NCBI RefSeq assembly: GCF_963676685.1
Contig: NC_092347.1
Coordinates: 95,976,001-96,040,000, forward strand
DNA length: 64,000 nucleotides
Direction of reading: 5' to 3'
From: Mytilus edulis
Taxonomy: Eukaryota
Position numbers and translations under genes: made by a program. Positions 13,319 through 24,733 of this stretch are shown in pieces. Under the pieces are notes generated by a model. It saw nothing but the letters and a program-made list of their open reading frames with translations. It was not told the origin of the DNA and searched no databases. Positions within the stretch are counted from its first letter, which is position 1. Every line of letters begins with the position of its first letter.

Positions 13319-13721
13319 GACTAATGCAAATTGCACAAATATATATTAAGGCATACTTTACAATAAACATATTACACCAAAAAAAAAATATTGGTGTTTT
13401 AACATCATCATTATCTTTTTTCTATTCACAGTCAATTAGATCTATTTCAATTAAAAAACAAACTTTAGCTACAATCTTTTGGTGACCAGTCAGCGGGATA
13501 AGTTCACGTAATGCTTTTCATTTTTTTCTTTTTTTAAAGAAAGCAATTTCTTTGTTATTTTCTTTTTTTTTTAAATCAACGTTTTTTGTTAAACATTCAC
13601 AGAACTTATCTAACTGACAAACGTATCCATGCAATGAACAGCATCTTGAGAATAGTAAGATAAATCATTGGTGTTGTAAGTTGGGGTTTTTTTTTCAGTG
13701 CACTAATGATATTATAAATTT

Positions 13722-13915
13722 AGTTTACAAAACTTTGATTTTTTTCTAAATGGTTAGGAATATATATTTCGTGAATAGATTACCTTAGCTGTATTTTGCG
13801 AAACCTTTGGGAATTTTGGGTCCTAAATACTTTTCTACTTCTACAACCTTTTTTGATTCGAGCGTCAGTGATGAGTTTTTTGTAGACTAAACGTGCGCCA
13901 AACGTTCAAATTTTT
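13722..13915 (+). ncRNA. Decayed retrozyme-like monomer with a mutated type I hammerhead core
   Basis: GTCA-GTGATGA-GTT-TTTTGTA-GAC-TAAA-CGTGCG-CC at 13864-13899 aligns to CUGAUGA/stem II/GAAA/stem III/UH, with substitutions in catalytic residues. Confidence 0.55.
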
Positions 13916-14072
13916 TGCCTTTATTAGGATACAGTCTGAGGTTTTAAATTTCGTTGACATCTATAACGTTGTCAAAGCATCAGTTAATGAATGATATGAT
14001 AAATAAGGTTCTTCCAGAACACAAGTTAAATTAAAAAAATGTATCAATTTTCCCTACTTTTCTAATTTTTAA

Positions 14073-14246
14073 AGAGGGGGCAGGACCTTTTTCGGAACGT
14101 CGGGATCTGTGCTTTTAAGCTCGGGATTGATCCTTTCGGGACCCGGGAATTCTTTTTCTAATTTCGGGATGTTGGGATTTAAATTTGGAACCTCGGGATT
14201 TCATGTTTTTAAGCCCGGGTGTCTGGATTAGGACCCGTCCCCCTCT
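14073..14246. mobile_element. MITE with TTAA TSD and AG...CT termini (Kolobok-like)
   Basis: TTAA|AGAGGGGGCAGG ... CCCGTCCCCCTCT|TTAA; internal repeated TCGGGA motif. Confidence 0.7.
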
Positions 14247-14566
14247 TTAAGGGCTTTTTTAAAGTTAATATTTAGATTTAGTCTTCGGTTAAAGTTTCCA
14301 AATATCAATGAAATTTTATAAACAGTGACAGAGTACTGTATTGTTCGTGATCTACCATAAAATAAGACCAATTTGCTGAATGCCCCACCCCCTGATTATT
14401 AATTTTACTCCTTTGCATTAACTGTAATACCTTGGTGTATAGTATGCACCAGTATCTAATACAAAATAGGGTTAAAGAGAATGGAAATGGGGAATGTGTC
14501 AAAGCGACAACAGTCCGACCATGTTTAACACATGCATTATCAGAAACTGTAAGAAGAGAACGGTAG

Positions 14567-14972
14567 TTTTTATACGACCGCAAAAATTGAAATTTTTTGG
14601 GTCGTATATTGGTATCACGTTGGCATCAGCGTCGTCGTCGTCGTCGTCGTCCGAATACTTTTGGTTTTCGCACTATAACTTTAGTTTAAGTAAATAGAAA
14701 TGTATGAAATTTAAACACAAGGTTTATGACCATAACAGGAAGGTTTGGATTGATTTTGAAAGTTTTGGTCCCAACAGTTTAGGAATTAGGGGCCAAAAAG
14801 GGCCCAAATAAGCATTTTCTTGGTTTTCGCACTATAATTTTAGTTTAAGTAAAAAGAAATCAATGATATTTTGACACAAAGTTTATGACCACAAAAGGAA
14901 GGTTGGGATTGATTTTGGGTGTTTTGGTTCCAACTGTTTAGGATAAAGCTGCGCCCCTGCGGAGCATCTGGT
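14567..14972 (+). mobile_element. Non-autonomous Helentron-type (HINE/DINE-like) element with internal 159-bp repeats
   Basis: Starts in a T-run, short IR ATACGACC..GGTCGTAT, (GTC)n microsatellite, repeat units starting at 14661 and 14820, GC-rich hairpin-like 3' end, no TSD. Confidence 0.75.
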
Positions 14973-15237
14973 TATCAAGTGTCATCTGGTGAGATTGTAT
15001 AAGGTCCAACTTTAGGATTCCACATGGCCAAGGTGTTAATCGACTTTCAATTTTTTAACCTAATATATGGATCTGAAGTGACCCCGCATATTTTTCATTT
15101 TATTCTTTGCACAAAAAATCGATCTCAGCATGAAACCAAGCATTCCTCGTGACAAAGGTAATATATTGAGATTAAACACAAAGCCAGGCGGCATATCAGA
15201 TCTCCGATTTGTGCAACCAACAACACACCAGTAGTAT

Positions 15238-15420
15238 GAAGAAGAAGAAGAAGAAGAAGATGCTTTATTTCCATAAAATGGGCTCACAAGGAGCATAATA
15301 TAATATCATAGTAATATAATATTCTTTTACAAATATAATAAACAACACAGAGTTACAAACACAAATAAGGAACAACAGTTTTCACATATTAGTATATATA
15401 TAAAACCTTTGTCTCAGGCA
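15238..15420 (-). mobile_element. LINE 3' end remnant with (TTC)n tail
   Basis: Minus strand reads ATGCTCCTTGTGAG..AATAAAGCA(TCT)n; a similar GCTCCTTGTG motif precedes the tail at about 41570. Confidence 0.5.
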
Positions 15421-15612
15421 CACCTCTGGAAAGTAACAAAAAAGAATGCTGTGAGAAGGCTAAATATATCTAGCTGAACTGCAAAAGGCACCAAGGGACG
15501 GTGCTATATGGCATGGTGGGTGCATATTAAAATGTGTATCGGGACATTAATGATATGGTTAGATATGGTAAGAAGTTGCACATAAATGGTATGTCATCCT
15601 CGTGCCTGGTGC

Positions 15613-15646
15613 CAAGGAATTGTATATTTAAATATACAATTCCTTG
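15613..15646. mobile_element. 34-bp perfect palindrome with 7-bp TSD, copy 2
   Basis: Identical to 12268-12301; flanked by CTGGTGC at 15606-15612 and 15647-15653. Confidence 0.85.
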
Positions 15647-16944
15647 CTGGTGCAGAGGAGTCAGTACTATTTAAAGTGACACAACTGCAAGAGGCACCAA
15701 GGGACAATGCTAAGTGCACAAATTATGAAAAAGATAAAATATTACCAGTTTAATAAAAAAAAAAAAAATATCACAAACAAGAAGGTAATAGAACTTGTAC
15801 GATGTGTCCTGTACCCCACCATGCCAACCTCGTGCCTAGGGCAGACAGCCTGATTAAATATTAATCTTTTAAGTTATATTTTATCTTCATTAATTGTATG
15901 GGTGAAATATATTAATGTGTCGTGTAAATGTGAATACAATGACATACACAGTGATAGATGACAGTCTTTTGAAAAACAAACATCACTTTTAATAGTATTC
16001 TTTCTGGTTCATTTGACCAATATAATACTTCCATGATTTGACCATGAAAGTAAAATGAAAATGTAATACTTTCATTCTCTAGCTTCAATTATTTGACCAT
16101 GGAAATAATTTAATTTGCTTACTTGGTTAATGATTTCTAATTTTTTTTATACATATTTCAAATATTACACAACATAAAATTGAAAATGGAAATGGGGAAT
16201 GTGTCAAAGAGACAACAACCCGACCATAGAACAGACAACAGCAGAAGGTCACCAATCGGTCTTCAATGCATATGACATCTAAAAAATGATCAAAAGTTTT
16301 GCTTAGTTATTCCTTTTAAAAACATTAATATTCTAGTTCATACGGTCGAAATTTAGGAAATGGGGTATGCGTTAAAATATAGGGCTGTAAGCAATTACAT
16401 TCCAGCGTATGACCTTCAACGATGAGAAAAACACAATCAATATAGTCGGCTATAGAAGGCACCGGCATACATGCAAACATTTGTCAAACGAGAAAGTTAA
16501 AGGCGTAATTTATAACACAATCATTTACGAAAAACAATTGACAGACATGAACCCACAACACCCACTGACCTACAGGCTAATGACTTGGGACAAGCACTTA
16601 AACAATGAGTCGGGGTTAAAAAGTTTGTGGGTGCTCAACCGTCCTTTTAACCTGGGACAGTAGTGCAATAGCAAAGTATAAGAACAAACTTAAAAAAATC
16701 CGTTCAAATTGGCGTAACTCAAAAGATAGACACAAGGTACAAAAACAACTAACATAAAAACAAGACACAAACTGACAAAGCATTGAAATTAGAATACTCG
16801 CAGATAATGAAAGCTTGTTTTAAGTCAATTACAATATTAAATCAATTTCAATCTATGTAATATATGTTGGTGCAAAGTGATATGTTAATATCTCTGTTGT
16901 AGTGTGACACTCGTCCGTCTGTACATCCCAAAATTGTTTTCCGT

Positions 16945-18086
16945 CAGGCCGTAACTACCTATGAGGCAACTGCCTCTCCTGAACTTTCTATACCAAATTT
17001 TTTTTATGATGTAATAAAATGAAATATTAACAATATGTCGACGAAGAATTTGAATTTATAGTATAAACAACACAAGTTTACAGTTTTAACAGTGTTATCA
17101 TGATACGTGATATATGTCATTTATGGATTTTTGATCGATAGTGAAACGTTTCAGTATTTGTTTGTTTTTATTTGTTCCTGTGGTCGTCCGTCTGTTATTC
17201 AGTATTCGTACGAGAACACATATTAAACTTTGCTTTTCGATGATTTTGAATAAAACATAACTGTTCACATTTATTTAGTGACTCAATTAAGCATATGAAG
17301 TTCCCTTTGTACTGTGAATCTTTAATAATATCGGAAATTCGTTACTAGCTGAATCAGCAGTTGGATAATTTTTTTAACGTTTCCCGATCGTACGAGAACA
17401 TTATGGTCAATGCCTTAGTAGTTTAACACTCCCATTCGTTGTAGTAGGGACTTTCTATACTAGTATATACTCAGCTTTCAAAAATATTGAAATTCCAGGT
17501 TCTCGATAAAATAAAATATATCTTGCGTTCTATGATCTTGCTTTATATGGTTTTTTTTAACTTACCAGTTTATTGTTTGCATAAAAATTGTTTCCAGGAT
17601 CCAGCAATACTGATGTTTCTTAAAGAAAGGAAATCGAAGGAAAACGGGTCATTTTAGCTAGATTTTATTGAGAAAAACGAAGGAAAACGGGTCATTTTAG
17701 CTAGATGTTATTGAGAAAACATCCGCGGTCACAATGTATTTAATGTTAATAATTAAAGGTGAAAGTACGGCCTTCAAGACGGAGCATTGGCTCACCCGAA
17801 CAGCAATCTCAGCTTGTTTTTGCATAACAATTGCTTTCAGGTTCAAGCAATACTGATGTTTCTTAAAGTAAGGAAATCGAATGAAAAAGGGTCCTGATGA
17901 AGGTAAATCCAGAAAATCGCTTCGGATGCAATAACTTATTAAATGTGTTGTTTTCCATTTTTTTAGCCATTTTAATGAGAGGGGAAAATTGGCGGGGCTG
18001 CGCCCCCAACCACCTCTTTTAGGAACCTTATTCGGCGGCCCCAAAACCCCTGCCTCCCCTGAATTCGAACCCTAGTTACGACCCTG
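16945..18086. mobile_element. 1.14-kb non-autonomous TIR element with 5-bp TSD (hAT5-like)
   Basis: CAGGCCGTAACTA ... TAGTTACGACCCTG; TCCGT duplicated at 16940-16944 and 18087-18091; removing it restores the host repeat unit. Confidence 0.85.
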
Positions 18087-18531
18087 TCCGTTCTCTAACT
18101 TTAGTTCGCCTCAAACAAATGTTATTAAACTTGTACACAATGCTTATAATATGAACACACATATCATGGTATACAACATGTATAATAAGTTACATGTTGC
18201 ATACCTTTCTAGAAAAATATCTTTCGTTTCCGTTTTCTAACTTAAGTTTGCGTCAACCAAATGTAATAAATCTTTTACACACAAAACCCAACACGTATCA
18301 ACTTTAAATTTGGGTGGTGTCTCATTTACCCTTTTTGAGTGACGCCCCTTTACAAGTGGAAACTTTGCTGTATTTCTCGTTTCCTTTCTCTAAATTAAGT
18401 TTGCCTCCACCAAATGTAATGAAACCTATCCACAATGTTTATTTCCGAAAACACAGATCTAGTTTGAATTAGGATGGCGTGACTTTTTCGTTTTCGTTCT
18501 CTTACTTAAGTTGCCTCAACTAAATGTTATA

Positions 18532-19360
18532 CATACATCTTAGATATCAATATTTCAAATGAACAAATAGAAAATGTAGATTGTGAAAAACTTCTTGGTT
18601 TATATATTGACAAAAACCTAAATTGGAATCAGCAGATAGATAAAATGTCATGTACTATATCAAACAGAATCAACTTATTACAAAAGATAAGAAAATATTT
18701 ACCTATGCATATACGTATTATCTATTTTAATGCTTATATTCTGCCATTATTTGATTATTGTTGCAATATATGGGGAAGCTGTTGTGAAAGTGGAATAAAT
18801 AAACTTAATAAGTTATTAAAGAAATCTACTAGGGTTATAGTAGAAGCTGACATAATGACATCATCCAGTTTATTGTTTAATAGTTTACGCTGGTTAAATG
18901 TGGAAAAACGCATTCAATAGCAAAAGGCAATACTTGTATTTAAATCATTGGCTATTTACAAGAAAATTTTCATTTTACTGATAATCAAAATTATAACTTA
19001 CGTTCAGCTGATGAAAAACAATTAAATCTTCCAAAACCAAAAACAAATTTTTTAAAGAAAACATTTACATATTCAGGTTCTCAAATATGGAACAGTTTAC
19101 CAAATGAAATAAAAATGAGTAATACACTTGTATCTTTTAAAACAAAATGTTACAAATTTTTCATCAATTGTGCAAATTAATATGCTTTTTCATTATTATT
19201 TAAATACAATTGTATATTGTGTATAATATAACTTTATAATACCCTATGTACTTATAAATATGTTATTATTATTTTGAGGACTCTCAGGAAGATTAGTTTT
19301 AACTAATGGGATCATCCTCTTGAAATAAAGATTATTTATTTATTTATTTTTATTCTATTT
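18532..19360 (+). mobile_element. 5'-truncated CR1/L2-group LINE (RT C-terminus, 3' UTR, (TTTA)n tail)
   Basis: EKLLGLYIDKNLNW..YILPLFDYCCNIWG..YNLRS..KTFTYSGSQIWNSLP, with an internal stop and frameshift; AATAAA plus TTTA repeats at 19324-19350. Confidence 0.88.
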
Positions 19361-20474
19361 TTATAAACAATGCTTATTACCTCACTAACGAATTTGGGTA
19401 GCGTCACTCTTACCGTTAGATAGACTTATCTTCCTTTATAGTGCTATATGAAATGCGGTACATCATATGTGTCCCATGAACACACTCCCCATTTATATTT
19501 TCTTATTTTAAAAATGGACTATATGAACAATACAAGACAAGTGCATGTTACACAAAGCTAGTAATTATCTATATTAAATGATGATTACCACATAACACAG
19601 GACAAATTTGAATTTTGGTGGTGTCTTTTTACTGTTCTAGAGTAATGTCCCTTTTAATATGAAAAAATAATGCTGATTTTTTTTATGTTTCCGTTCTCTT
19701 ACCTTATTTTATCTTAACCAAATGTTATGAAACTGATACAAAATGCTTATAACCACATAACACATATCAAGTTTAAATTTTGGTGGCGACTCTTTTGCCG
19801 TTCTAGATTTATATGCAGTTGTCAAAAATTGAAAATACGGAATCTTTCGTTTCCGTTCTCAAAGTTACTTAAGTTTGCCAAATATTATTCAATTTATACA
19901 CAATGCTTATAACCACAAAACTCAGATCAGGAACAATTTTGTGTAGCATCACGTTTCCTGTTCTTGATTAATGATCCTTTATAACTTTTTATGCAAGCGG
20001 GGGCATTATCTGTGTCCCATGAACACATTCTTCATTTATTTATTTTTTGCGCGAAACGAAAAATTTAAATGGCTATACTTCCATACCAGAAATATCTTTT
20101 TCCTTCTTGATAAAAATAATCTTCAAAGCTCGAATTCGGATAGTTTTTTTTTAATTACTGTCTCACCTATGTGTTATTTATATACTATAGTACTAGTAAA
20201 TGTATGACAAATGGGTTCTTAGAACACTATCATAGTTATGCCCTCGCCACAGCGGAGAGTCATTATATATATAAAAAAAATAGCTGAGATGGGGATAGAG
20301 CAGATTGTTACCACAAGTAAACCATTATCAACTATATAAGGCGAAGCCAAGTTAGACAACGTTAGAAATATTAAGTTGTCATTTCTTTCTATTTTACAGA
20401 TAAAGAAAACAACACTTTCTGAGATATTGGGATAGCTGTAATCTTCATAAATATAGTGCTTCAAATTAAAGGAA

Positions 20475-22187
20475 ATGGCAATAACTATATGTCTTTCACG
20501 TGACTGTGATGTCTATTGTCTGGAGTTGGATGAATTTGATGGTTTACAAATAGTGGTGAAAGTTCATAACTATGACAATGTTAACAAAGAAAAAAAATCG
20601 CAAGCTGAAAAATCAATTGGTGATGTAAAGAATACAACTACGCGATCAACTCCCTCAAATACCGAAGTTGAAAAGCAGATGGAACGAAGAAAAAATCAGT
20701 TACAGCGATATTTATTTACAAATAACAGACCTGCAACACATTCGCAACCCGAAATACACGTAAATAAAAAACCGTATGCTTGTAATCTATGTGACAGGAA
20801 GTACAGCTGGAGATCTAGTTTGTTGTTTCATAAGAGAATCCACACCGGTCACAAAATACAACAATGCATTGAATGTGATAAAAAATTCCTTTCCAAAGGT
20901 CGTTTTGAAAAACATTTGAAAACACACCAAAAGGAAATAACTGATTATACATGTTGTATATGTGACAGGAAGTTTCAACAAAAAAGTTCTTTAACGTATC
21001 ATTTACGTACGCACGAAAATCTATCTTACCCATGTAGAATATGTGAAAAAGAGTATAGATATAGGGCATCGTTCAACAATCATATGCGACTTCAGCATAA
21101 ATGTATTGAAAACAAACAGTGTGTCAACAGTGTTTCTTCAGATACTACTATGATTAAAAGTACCCAATCATATAATTGTCCTATTTGTGAAAAACAGTTT
21201 TCCCATGATTCAAATTTATATGCCCACTTGAAAGTACATGATTGGTGTCAAAACGTCAAATCATCAATTAATGCTGACAACATAGTTACACTAACAGAAA
21301 CTTCTATCACAACAAGTACGACTCCACAAATGTGTTCTATCGTTCCAAACACGACACTTCCGATAACTACTGTAAACGACAACATGATACAAAGGTCTTC
21401 TAGCATTGCTAATACGACAGTCGGACTGAAAAACTTCTCCGAACACGAGACAACGCTGTGCTTACCTCTATTAGACTCTAAAATCATGTCAACAACTCTG
21501 GAAAACTTTGTCAACCACGAGATAATACATTGTTTACCTCCTGTTGACATTAAAAACATGTCAGACTCACTATCAAACTCTGGTGACTCAAATAATTCAC
21601 GAGCATCATCTAATGTCAACACACAGCCATCAGTTCCTACCAATGTAAACCAAAAACACCATTCTACACGTAATTCATCTGACTCAAACATATACTCATC
21701 GTCAACTCCTGTTGGTGGCTGTGCCGTACCACGTCGACCAAATATTAAACCGAGATCAACTTGTGTTGGTTGCAACATGACACAGCCAACTTCAGGTAAA
21801 TCCAATAAAACCGTATCCTCTTATACTGGTCGGCGTGAAGTACATTCTAAGTTGCAAGCCTACACTGATCTAATGAAATGTAGTAAAGACAAGAAGCTGT
21901 CTAGTCTTGAGAATGATCTAGACCGTCCCTATAACTGCACGACATGTTTAAGCAAGTTTATACGGAAGTACGACTTAGACAGACATACGAGGATGCATAC
22001 AGGTGATAAGCCTTATCAATGTCAAGATTGTGGAATGCAGTTTTCCGAGAACTATCGTTTAAAATCTCATCGCAAGAGGCATCAACGTTTCTATGAGTGT
22101 GAATGTCCCGTATGTGGAAAACTGTTTCTCAAACATTCGACTCTAAACACTCATATGAAAATACATAACTGGCGTGAAAGTATTTAG
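20475..22187 (+). CDS. C2H2 zinc-finger protein, 570 aa, 8 fingers in 4+1+3 arrangement with a Ser/Thr-rich spacer
   Basis: Uninterrupted ORF; eight CxxC-x12-Hxxx(x)H units, linkers HTGHK and HTGDKPY; splice-acceptor-like TTTCTATTTTACAG ending at 20399 just upstream. Confidence 0.9.
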   Translation: MAITICLSRDCDVYCLELDEFDGLQIVVKVHNYDNVNKEKKSQAEKSIGDVKNTTTRSTPSNTEVEKQMERRKNQLQRYLFTNNRPATHSQPEIHVNKKPYACNLCDRKYSWRSSLLFHKRIHTGHKIQQCIECDKKFLSKGRFEKHLKTHQKEITDYTCCICDRKFQQKSSLTYHLRTHENLSYPCRICEKEYRYRASFNNHMRLQHKCIENKQCVNSVSSDTTMIKSTQSYNCPICEKQFSHDSNLYAHLKVHDWCQNVKSSINADNIVTLTETSITTSTTPQMCSIVPNTTLPITTVNDNMIQRSSSIANTTVGLKNFSEHETTLCLPLLDSKIMSTTLENFVNHEIIHCLPPVDIKNMSDSLSNSGDSNNSRASSNVNTQPSVPTNVNQKHHSTRNSSDSNIYSSSTPVGGCAVPRRPNIKPRSTCVGCNMTQPTSGKSNKTVSSYTGRREVHSKLQAYTDLMKCSKDKKLSSLENDLDRPYNCTTCLSKFIRKYDLDRHTRMHTGDKPYQCQDCGMQFSENYRLKSHRKRHQRFYECECPVCGKLFLKHSTLNTHMKIHNWRESI

Positions 22188-23065
22188 ATACCAGAGATCG
22201 TTACATTTAACGCTGAGAAATATACAAGAACTGCACGGAAATGACTGATGGCCGACCAAGAAACCCAAAAAACATTTGTTGTGACCATATCTGTTTAGCG
22301 AATCTATTTTACGAAAAATATTTAAAATGAACAAACAAAAATGAACGGTTCTGCAGTGCAATTTGATTCTTTACAAATCATGTTTTGCGACAAGTTGCTT
22401 TGAAAAAAATTAAAAAGATTATGATTTTGCATGGTGAAATATTTTGAGTATTGTCAGAAGACATTGAGGTTTTATCATATATTTAACATGCTTACTTGGT
22501 ATCAGCCAGCTAAAGACCTATGACTTGATATTAAAGTCAGGGCCGATACCAAGGCAAAAATGGAAAATGCCATGTATTAATCTATAATTACCTTTAAAAA
22601 TACAAAGAGCAGCTGGCATCAATAACCAGATAACCAATTAAACTTTTCAACAAGAACTAACGAAGTACAAAACAATACTATATAATACGGCTATATACTG
22701 GAAAAAAAACACCAACGTTCCAGGTTCTTATTAAGTCTTTATAAAGAATAAGGTTTCGATGATGTGGGTCTTCGCAACTTGACTACAGGTCACCGTACGA
22801 CCACAAACATTAAGCAATACCCATACTGTATATTCAGCAATAAAAGGAATCGGATACACTCAAAGCACACAAAAAAGAACCTACATAAATGCCAAAGACA
22901 AAATCATCCATTTAATCTACCAAATTAAAGTATCAATCAGTACACATCCATCTGATTGAGCGTAAGATTGTCATTAACAGTCAGAGAAATGCAAGACTTT
23001 GAGCTAGGACTAAAGTTTTCATAACTTAATTCATATTGATGTATTAATCACCAAAACACCTTGCA

Positions 23066-23236
23066 GATTAATTGGTTGATTGGTGTTAAACCTGCACTTT
23101 TGTGCTAGTAAAGTGGCGGTCAGTCAAAAGTTTTATTAGTGGACGAATCCGGATTGTTTAAAGAAAACTGAAAATGATAATCAATTAAGTTTGTAGTCGA
23201 AGCAGCTGCCACGTGCCGGATTGAAACTGACAACCA
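23066..23236 (-). mobile_element. Degenerate tRNA-derived SINE
   Basis: Minus strand has a B-box-like GGTTGTCAGTTTCAATCCGG and a (CCAA/TCAA)-type tail. Confidence 0.45.
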
Positions 23237-23827
23237 AAAAGAAAAGTTCAAATTTTATTTTTTTAATTTCAAGAATTTAGAAATGAAAGCTCCCTCCCCT
23301 CACATATCAGACTGATATATTTGGGTCTTGAGGAGGGCAGCTATTGCTTTATTGATGACGTTTTCACAGATATTAATCAAAAGTATCATCGTTAATTCCA
23401 GCTTTACAGGATGTAACATTCGTGTAGTCTATAATTCTTTGAGTTGTCTATCTTAGAACTAATTAGAGAAGTTATGTAGTGATTTTCCTCTATTTTAAAA
23501 GATGCATATACACGATCATTCAAATAAAGACACTACATCAGATCATGAAATATTACTTCCATGATCAGATGAATAAAACGTCATGTCATTTTTCAAATAC
23601 TTGGTATTGACTATGCAAATGATATGAATGCTACATTTTGTGAATCCTTAGACAAATTTAAGAACTATATACAAACCAAGCTATGAATATTATGTATAAG
23701 CTGTTGAAAAAAAAAACTAATAGATAAATTTCTGACAGTAAACTGAAAACCAAACACTTTTATTTTGAAAAATATCTAACATTGATCAAAAAATTTGAAC
23801 TAAGAAGAAATTTTACTAAGTTACTTG

Positions 23828-24014
23828 TCGTTGGTTTTCCCGTTTGAATGGTTTTCCACTAGTAATTTTGGGGCCCTTTATAGCTTTTTGTTTGCTGTGA
23901 GCCAAGGCTCCGTGTTGAAGGCCGTACATTGACCTATAATGGTTTACTTTTATGAATTGTTATTTGGATGGAGAGTTGTCTCATTGGCACTCAAACCACA
24001 TATTCCTATATCTA
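23828..24014 (+). mobile_element. Dispersed repeat family copy (same family as 4300-4664)
   Basis: Direct similarity to 4520-4664, 32134-32238 and 45673-45766. Confidence 0.8.
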
Positions 24015-24733
24015 TTAGGTAGACATCAGTGTATTCCCCGAATTAACAGAATATGTGACTGTAATAAATGTTCTTCCAATACTATCGAAGAAGAGGCTCA
24101 TTTTCTATTTGATTGCAACAAATGAGGATGATAGAAATTGTATGTTAGCTATCAATTTCAGAACGAAATTTTTATTCTAATCATATGAGCAGTCAAAACA
24201 AAATCATCTGGTTATTAGAAAATGCTGATTTAATTAAATTTATATGTAATTGTATATCTTCCTTAGTGAAGAAAAGTTATTTAAGGGGATCTATGTGTGT
24301 ATGTACATTTGATTGGACATAGAAATATATGCATCTAAATATCACAAACATACTAGCCGATTTGAATGAAAAAAAAATTGTCGAGGTACATTTTTTATTC
24401 AAATAATGTCTAACATCCTTGAGGCATCGCTCCCTGGTATCAACTGCATTCAAGTTACATATAATGCAACATTTACACACATTTAACATGCCTATGGTCC
24501 ATAAGGTATCAACCCCTGGTGTCAGCTGCTTTTTTGAAACCATAATACTTTCCTATTTGCTATTGACACAGGATGAGTCATAGACATTTTTAACTTTAAC
24601 TTTCTTTTGGCTAGTTATTATATGTTTAATTGATTCAATTTATTGTGTACTATATATATAGCTTCTTGTGAAAGATGTCTCATAAATTGCACTAACAACA
24701 AATATGGGGAAAGAGAAAATTCATAAACGTCAC

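Larger units (their letters stand above)
16890..20035 (+). mobile_element. Helentron-type element(s) with 150-160-bp internal repeats, hosting two nested insertions
   Basis: TTTCCGTTCTCTAAC..AGTTTGCC..AACCAAATG recurs at about 18087, 18228, 18380, 18490, 19688 and 19850; 3' motif TGTGTCCCATGAACACA at about 19470 and 20012. Confidence 0.65.

Noticed and set aside
21248-21805. 185-aa antisense ORF within the zinc-finger gene
   Set aside because: Shadow of the Ser/Thr/Asn-rich sense frame; no independent evidence.
24075-24125. IEEEAHFLFDC and EDEQHFLLHC (about 33508-33537) as host exons
   Set aside because: Both match the LINE C-terminal zinc-knuckle motif seen at about 6920-6950 and are too short and decayed to delimit.
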